A stretch of DNA of 64,000 bases from Parcubacteria group bacterium (lineage in GTDB: Bacteria; Patescibacteriota; Minisyncoccia; UBA6257; Colwellbacteraceae), in the NCBI GenBank assembly GCA_041649615.1, contig JBAZMT010000001.1:26981-90980 (forward strand), read 5' to 3'. A model generated the notes under the pieces. The model was not told where the DNA came from. It ran no database searches and was given only the letters and a program-made list of their open reading frames with translations. The position numbers and the translations under genes were made by a program. Position 1 is the first letter of the stretch. Every line of letters starts with the position of its first letter. This document shows, one piece after another, positions 58,870 to 64,000 of this stretch.

Positions 58870-58896
58870 CTGGATTCCCGGTACGCCGGGAATGAC
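58870..58896 (+). repeat. dRS3-like repeat, copy 5
   Basis: CTGGATTCCC-ggtacgcc-GGGAATGAC. Confidence 0.85.
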
Positions 58897-58929
58897 AGAA
58901 GGAGCGCATGTCCGCCCATAATAATGTAA

Positions 58930-59355
58930 TTACTTTTTGAAGACGATAAATTTATAGCCTAAGAAGTTCCAAATAAGAGAAATACCCGTGGCGAGGACGG
59001 CTCCGACATTTACCCATAACGCTTGAGAAAGACCGAACATCGGTTTGATGAAAGTTGAAATCAGATAAACTATCCCCGAATTTATCGCCCATCCGATAAT
59101 GCTTACAATCAAAAATTGACCGACTTGAAAAACGCGAACGGATTCTTTGTCTTTGAACGTCCAAAATTTATTCCACAAATAACTATTCGTGGTCGCGATT
59201 ATAAAGGCGGTGCTCGTTAACGGAATGATTGAGATTCCTTTCGTTATGCCCGTTATAAAAATGAGGAAGTTCAATACGCCAAAGTAGATCGCCGTATTAA
59301 GAACTCCGATCACGGCAAATTTTCCGAATTGAAGAAAAAGCTTTTTGATGTCCAT
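58930..59355 (-). CDS. GtrA family protein
   Basis: QFGKFAVIGVLNT, NSYLWNKFWTF, WNFLGYKFIVF; start moved past the repeat to ATG 59355. Confidence 0.9.
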   Translation of the reverse strand: MDIKKLFLQFGKFAVIGVLNTAIYFGVLNFLIFITGITKGISIIPLTSTAFIIATTNSYLWNKFWTFKDKESVRVFQVGQFLIVSIIGWAINSGIVYLISTFIKPMFGLSQALWVNVGAVLATGISLIWNFLGYKFIVFKK

Positions 59356-59359
59356 TACT

Positions 59360-60118
59360 TTATTGTACTGGATTCCCGCTTCCGCGGGAATGACGGAGGG
59401 ATGCAATTACTATCGGGACTTCTTTTAATTTTAAACTAGCGCCGCCAACAAGAACACCGGAAACGTCCGGGGCTTCGGCGTATATTTCCGCGTTCGCCGG
59501 ATTAACCGATCCGCCGTAAAGCACTTTAGCTTTTTTACCGAAGATTTTTTGGAATCTTTCCGCCATCGCTTCCATAACCGGCGCCATTTCTTTCAAAGTC
59601 GCATTCCTTCCTCCGCTCGTGGTGCTTATGGCCCAAACGGGTTCGTAGGTGAGAATGATTTTATCCGCCTTTTCTTTCGGAACCCCCGAGAGAGAATCGT
59701 TTAATTGCGCAATAACCGTTTTAATGGCGGATGGAACGCTTGTTCTTTTTCTTTCGCCAACGCAAACAATGGGGATAACGCCCGCGTTTATCGCGGCTAA
59801 AGTTTTTTTGGAAACCGATTCGGAGGTTTCGCCAAAGTTTTTTCTTCGCTCTGAATGACCCAAAATGGCGTATTTAACGCCAAGACTTTCAAGCTGCGCA
59901 AAAGAATACTCCCCCGTGTATGCGCCCTCCGTATAAAATCCGTCTTGCGAGCCCAAGGACGCGTGTTTTAATTTGCCCGCGACAAGAGACAAAAAAGGCG
60001 CCGGCGGACAGACGATGACGTTTGGGGAATCCGAGGCGGAAGCAAGCAATTTCGCTTCGGCAGAAGAAGCGGGATTGCATTTCCAGTTCATAACTACGAG
60101 TTTATCGGAGGTTTTCAT
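59360..60118 (-). CDS. tpiA: triosephosphate isomerase
   Basis: NWK, GHSERR, YEPVWAI, YGGSV, LVGGASL. Confidence 0.95.
   Translation of the reverse strand: MKTSDKLVVMNWKCNPASSAEAKLLASASDSPNVIVCPPAPFLSLVAGKLKHASLGSQDGFYTEGAYTGEYSFAQLESLGVKYAILGHSERRKNFGETSESVSKKTLAAINAGVIPIVCVGERKRTSVPSAIKTVIAQLNDSLSGVPKEKADKIILTYEPVWAISTTSGGRNATLKEMAPVMEAMAERFQKIFGKKAKVLYGGSVNPANAEIYAEAPDVSGVLVGGASLKLKEVPIVIASLRHSRGSGNPVQ
59368..59394 (+). repeat. dRS3-like repeat, copy 6 (in tpiA 3' end)
   Basis: CTGGATTCCC-gcttccgc-GGGAATGAC. Confidence 0.85.
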
Positions 60119-60126
60119 GGGAGTAA

Positions 60127-60594
60127 TTATATGACAGAAAGCAGATTAGAGCCCGTTTGCACGAAAAAAGAAACGATGATGCCCGAAATTATGGCGCCAA
60201 GAATTATCATTATAGCCGCTTTTTTAAGCGGAACGCCGAAAACAAGCGCCATTAACGTTCCCGTCCAAACGCCGGTCAAAGGAAAAGGCAGGGCCACAAA
60301 AATAAAAAGAGCGAGACTTTCCCACTTTTTAAATCCCCAGGAATGTCTTTTGCGCGTCATATCGGTGAGCCAGGCGAAGAGCCGGTTAAAATAGTAAAAG
60401 TGATCGGCGAGCTTTTCGGCTATAAAATTCCAAAATAAAAGAAGAGGAATAACCGGCAAAAGATTTCCCAAAGTGGAAAGCAGAAACGCCTTAAGAACCG
60501 AAAAATGCCAAATAAAAACGGCGAAGGGCATTGCTCCTTCCAATTCAAAAAAAGGAGAAGCGCCAATAAGAACGGTCAACAATTCTCCTTTCAT
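60127..60594 (-). CDS. small multi-drug export family membrane protein
   Basis: PFFELEGAMP, FVALPFPLTGVWTG. Confidence 0.8.
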   Translation of the reverse strand: MKGELLTVLIGASPFFELEGAMPFAVFIWHFSVLKAFLLSTLGNLLPVIPLLLFWNFIAEKLADHFYYFNRLFAWLTDMTRKRHSWGFKKWESLALFIFVALPFPLTGVWTGTLMALVFGVPLKKAAIMIILGAIISGIIVSFFVQTGSNLLSVI

Positions 60595-61628
60595 CGTCCT
60601 TTGAGAAACGCGGCGCCGTCATCCGGATCAACAACCGTTATTTCTATGCCCGTACCCAATTCAAAGCCCGCCGAGATAACGATCTTCGGCTGAATTTCAA
60701 TGTGCCAGTGATAAAAAGGATAATCTTCCCTGTTCTTGACCGGAGCCGTGTGAATGAAAAAGTTATAATCAACGCAGCCTAATCTGTCTTCAAGCATTTT
60801 TAGAGATTTTTGCAAAGCTTCGGCAATGTACTTCAGGCAAGACGGACCGCAATCTTCAAAAAACGGGGAATGAATTTTAGGGAATACTCTTATTTCAAAA
60901 GGTTCCCGTGAAACGAAAGGAAGAAAAGCGATCGCTCCCCGATTTTCAAAGATAATTCGTTTTTTCTCGGCTTTTTCTTTTTTTAAAATGGTGCAATGAA
61001 CGCAAGAACCGTTTTCTTTGTAATACCGTTCCGAACCGCGCAAAGAGTGGCTTACGTCCGGAGGAACGATCGGAATGGAAATCATTTGATAATGAGGATG
61101 ATAAACGGAAGCTCCCGCCGCGAGTCCCCAGTTGTGAAATATGGAAACGTACGCGATTCGTTCGTCTCTCGCGACCATGCGGTATCTTTCCTGCATTACT
61201 TCCAAGCACATTGTCGCTTCGGCCGGAGAAAGGCGCGGAAAATTTTCATCATGGCCCCGGGTTATGACGACATCATGATAGCCCACTCCTTTCATCAAGT
61301 AATAGGGACCGTTTTTCAGGACGGCGGTTGTTTGTTCGGTACCTGAAAAAACAGCCGGATAAAGATTCGGAACGACTTGGATCCGCCAGTTGCCGCGTTT
61401 GTCCTCGCGAATCAGAACCGGTTCGGCGTTTCCCGAAGCCTGGGGATTCTCAAAAGGACATTTATCTTTCGGAACAACGATCTTTTCTTTTTTTACTATG
61501 AGCTCTTGAGGTCTTTTTTTTCGTCCGGTCGCGATAAGAACCCAATCGCCGGACACGATGTCTTGCCTGAATTCGGATCCGTCAGAGGGAACGCTGGTTT
61601 TTTTTCGGCTGCCGAAAATTCCTGCCAT
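60591..61628 (-). CDS. galT: galactose-1-phosphate uridylyltransferase family
   Basis: RQDIVSGDWV, CPF, NLYPA, GASVYHPHYQ, YHWHIEI. Confidence 0.88.
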   Translation of the reverse strand: MAGIFGSRKKTSVPSDGSEFRQDIVSGDWVLIATGRKKRPQELIVKKEKIVVPKDKCPFENPQASGNAEPVLIREDKRGNWRIQVVPNLYPAVFSGTEQTTAVLKNGPYYLMKGVGYHDVVITRGHDENFPRLSPAEATMCLEVMQERYRMVARDERIAYVSIFHNWGLAAGASVYHPHYQMISIPIVPPDVSHSLRGSERYYKENGSCVHCTILKKEKAEKKRIIFENRGAIAFLPFVSREPFEIRVFPKIHSPFFEDCGPSCLKYIAEALQKSLKMLEDRLGCVDYNFFIHTAPVKNREDYPFYHWHIEIQPKIVISAGFELGTGIEITVVDPDDGAAFLKGR

Positions 61629-63493
61629 TAATCAATATTAATTCTATTGTCATAATACCATCTAAAAACATCGTAGGCCACCGGAACGGCGTTTAAACTT
61701 CCCTCTTTTGCGTTTTCAACGAGAACCAAAAGACAAATGGGCGCGTAGTTTTCCGATTCAAGAGGCATCGGGCCGCAGCCGACAAAGAAGGCGTTCGTTT
61801 TCGCTTTATTCTGCACTTGCGCGCTGCCGGTTTTGCCGTAAGTTTCAAAGGGAAGAGAATTCAACATCGCGGCCGTGCCGTATGATTTCTGGACCGCGTC
61901 TCTCATTCCTTCGGCAACTTGGGAAAGTTCGTCTTTCAGATAACTCAAGTCGGCGAGTTTTTCGGGGTTAGCGCCAAAAACAAGATTCGGCTTCCAAAGC
62001 GTTCCACCGTTTACAACCGAAGAAACCGCCGTTATGAGGCCGATAGGCGTAACGGTAAGGTCTCCCTGGCCGATAGAAACGTTGTAGGTGTCGCCCAAGG
62101 TCCAATCGGTACCGGTTCTTTCTTTTTTGTCTTCGGCAGACGGAAGATATCCGACCGATTCGCCGCTCAAAGAAATGCCCGTTTTTTTATTAAGCCCAAA
62201 AAGAGAAAAATATTGTTTGAGTCTCCCGATGCCAAGCCCTACCGAAATATCGGAGTCCCCCATAAAGAGATCGCGATTGTAAGGCAGGCCTCCTCCCACG
62301 GCATAAAAGAAAATATTTGAAGATCTCGCGAGAGCGGAGTAAATATCAACCCAGCCGTGAGCTTTCCAGTCAACGAATCGCGTGGGAGATCCTGGATCGT
62401 ATTTGTTCGGAACGTCAAAGTAACCGTTCGAAAGAACCATTTCCCTGGTGCCGATTATTTTTTCTTTGAGAGCGGCTGTAGCCACGATGAGCTTGATGGT
62501 TGAACCGGGGCTGTAAAGACCGGTAACCGCCCGATTAAAGAGCGGCTTTTCCGGATCAGAAAGTCCCGCTGAAATATCAGAGGAAGAAAAGCTCGGCAAG
62601 CTGACCAGACTCAAAATTTCGCCGTTCAAGGGATTAACCGCTATTCCCACTCCTCCGGGACCGGCATTTGAAAGAGCTTGATTTAGCCTCTTGTAAAAAT
62701 ATCTTTCTAAGTCGGCGTCAATCGTCGTTTTCAGATCGGCACCGGTAACGGGTTCGCTAAAGGTTTGAGCGCCAAGAAGCTCGCCTTTAACGTTTCGGTA
62801 CTCAACCGTTTGGCCGTTTTTGCCGCGGAGAGTATCGTCATAAATCGCTTCCAGATTGGTTCTTCCCACGACATCCACGGAAGAAAGGTCTTTGTCTTCT
62901 ATTTCTTCCTTGTCAGGATAGCTGACATAGCCGACAACGTGAGCAAATTCATTCTCAAAAGTTCTTTTGGTGTCTTTTGCCACGTAAACGGATTTGAGAT
63001 CGGAACTTTCAACGGCGATCGCTTCGGCTTTCGTAATGTCTTTTTTAACGACCACTTCGCTTACTTTTTCAAGATTGCTTTCGGAAAGAATTTCCCTCAA
63101 TTGTTCTTCCGTTATGCCGAGGCTGCCGAGGAACGATTCCACTTTTTCGGCTTCGTCATACTTTATAAGTTCTGACGGCCGGAGCCTGAGGCTCAAGATG
63201 GGAACGTTTTCCACTAATTTCTCGCCGTACCGGTCGAAGATGAAGCCGCGATCTGCGGCGGTAATCGTAACTTTGTTAACGGCACCGTCCGCTCGCGCGC
63301 TGTAAAATTTACCTTTGATTCCGCCGAGATAAACGATTCTAAAAAGAATCACCGCGCCGAAAGCAAGAAATAAACCGGCAATGGCAAAAAAAACGACGTT
63401 CCTGAGAGGGTGTTCGCGACGATTAAGACCGGTACCCAAATTATCGGTAGTTATCTCGTCAAAGAAAAATTTTCTCTCGCGTTTTTTGGGCAT
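61628..63493 (-). CDS. mrdA: penicillin-binding protein 2
   Basis: RGFIFDRYG, PGSTIK, SSN, KTG. Confidence 0.9.
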   Translation of the reverse strand: MPKKRERKFFFDEITTDNLGTGLNRREHPLRNVVFFAIAGLFLAFGAVILFRIVYLGGIKGKFYSARADGAVNKVTITAADRGFIFDRYGEKLVENVPILSLRLRPSELIKYDEAEKVESFLGSLGITEEQLREILSESNLEKVSEVVVKKDITKAEAIAVESSDLKSVYVAKDTKRTFENEFAHVVGYVSYPDKEEIEDKDLSSVDVVGRTNLEAIYDDTLRGKNGQTVEYRNVKGELLGAQTFSEPVTGADLKTTIDADLERYFYKRLNQALSNAGPGGVGIAVNPLNGEILSLVSLPSFSSSDISAGLSDPEKPLFNRAVTGLYSPGSTIKLIVATAALKEKIIGTREMVLSNGYFDVPNKYDPGSPTRFVDWKAHGWVDIYSALARSSNIFFYAVGGGLPYNRDLFMGDSDISVGLGIGRLKQYFSLFGLNKKTGISLSGESVGYLPSAEDKKERTGTDWTLGDTYNVSIGQGDLTVTPIGLITAVSSVVNGGTLWKPNLVFGANPEKLADLSYLKDELSQVAEGMRDAVQKSYGTAAMLNSLPFETYGKTGSAQVQNKAKTNAFFVGCGPMPLESENYAPICLLVLVENAKEGSLNAVPVAYDVFRWYYDNRINID

Positions 63494-63778
63494 TTAACTT
63501 AAAAACAAATAGGCGTTCATTATGGCAAAAGAAATGACGATGGAGAGAAAAACGTTTAACCCTCTGGCGAACGGGAGTTTTTCCTCTAAAATTGTTCCCA
63601 AAATCAAACTCGCGAGAAAAACAATGTTCGTAACATCAAATCCCGAGCGAAATTTCACAAAAAGCGCTATGGCGAGAATAATTATTCCCTTTACAAAAGG
63701 GCTCTTAAAAAAGGAGACGACAAGCAGGGCGGCTACAAGAGCGATATTTCCGGCATTAATGAGAGACAATAAGGACAT
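63494..63778 (-). CDS. small membrane protein at the mreD position
   Basis: 94 aa, hydrophobic, between mreC and mrdA. Confidence 0.6.
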   Translation of the reverse strand: MSLLSLINAGNIALVAALLVVSFFKSPFVKGIIILAIALFVKFRSGFDVTNIVFLASLILGTILEEKLPFARGLNVFLSIVISFAIMNAYLFLS

Positions 63779-63998
63779 TTCTCAAGTTTTTTATCTCAAA
63801 CATCGGCTCAACGGAAGCTTCTTTAAGCAATCCCTCGGAGACTTGGAGAGTGCGGCCTATTCCCAGGCCATAAGGCAGTGATGAGGCAGCGGAGACGATT
63901 ATTTCACCAGGAGGGATGGGCTTGTCAGAATCAATCATTTTTAATTTCGGATCCATTCCCCCGATATAGAGGGCATCTGTTTCGGCTTCCCCGATGCG
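63756..63998 (-). CDS. mreC: rod shape-determining protein MreC, C-terminal part (truncated by window)
   Basis: Frame open to the window edge; PPGEIIVSA..LPYGLGIG...VEPMFEIKNLRNVLIV; upstream of mrdA. Confidence 0.7.
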   Translation of the reverse strand, partial: RIGEAETDALYIGGMDPKLKMIDSDKPIPPGEIIVSAASSLPYGLGIGRTLQVSEGLLKEASVEPMFEIKNLRNVLIVSH

Positions 63999-64000
63999 GA

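Noticed and set aside
32795-59394. Palindromic repeats as a CRISPR array
   Set aside because: Copies are dispersed over 27 kb with no regular spacers and no cas genes
59356-59406. N-terminal extension MHPSVIPAEAGIQ of GtrA
   Set aside because: It is the translated repeat; ATG 59355 with its own -10 box is the better start
1806-63881. Numerous 60-190 aa antisense or overlapping ORFs in the track
   Set aside because: They lie opposite or within well-supported genes and have no recognisable motifs
1-64000. Alternative genetic code (TGA recoding)
   Set aside because: Conserved genes end at TGA and are full length under code 11

Overview
This looks like a chromosomal segment of a small-genome bacterium, most likely Patescibacteria/CPR (Parcubacteria-like). 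That call is inferred from gene content and style, the standard genetic code and the presence of rplI. Housekeeping content: a CsoR-regulated copper module, a MacAB-like ABC exporter, a Ca2+-type P-ATPase, def/fmt/uppP, ctpA, rplI, rpmA, a partial cell-wall/division block (murC, gltX, murG, ftsW, mraY, two S11 peptidases, scpAB), dnaX, pgk, tpiA, galT, mrdA, mreC, two tRNA-Gln genes and an unusually long RNase P RNA. The best candidate for an undescribed system is a four-gene pyrimidine cassette between def and fmt. It encodes a cytidylyltransferase, a dCMP-type deaminase fused to a degenerate nucleotidyltransferase-like domain, a thymidylate synthase with altered phosphate-binding motifs and a DHFR-HIT fusion, which suggests a dTMP route through nucleotide-conjugated intermediates. 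Other notable signals are two putative small RNAs sharing a C-rich anti-SD-like motif, and a split between leaderless genes and SD-led orphan genes. A dRS3-like palindromic repeat has entered murC, tpiA and RNase P RNA. There is also a symmetric dif-like site, a divergent serpin-like protein and a probably inactive amidohydrolase in the dcw block. All functional calls come from reading motifs by eye; no database searches were run.
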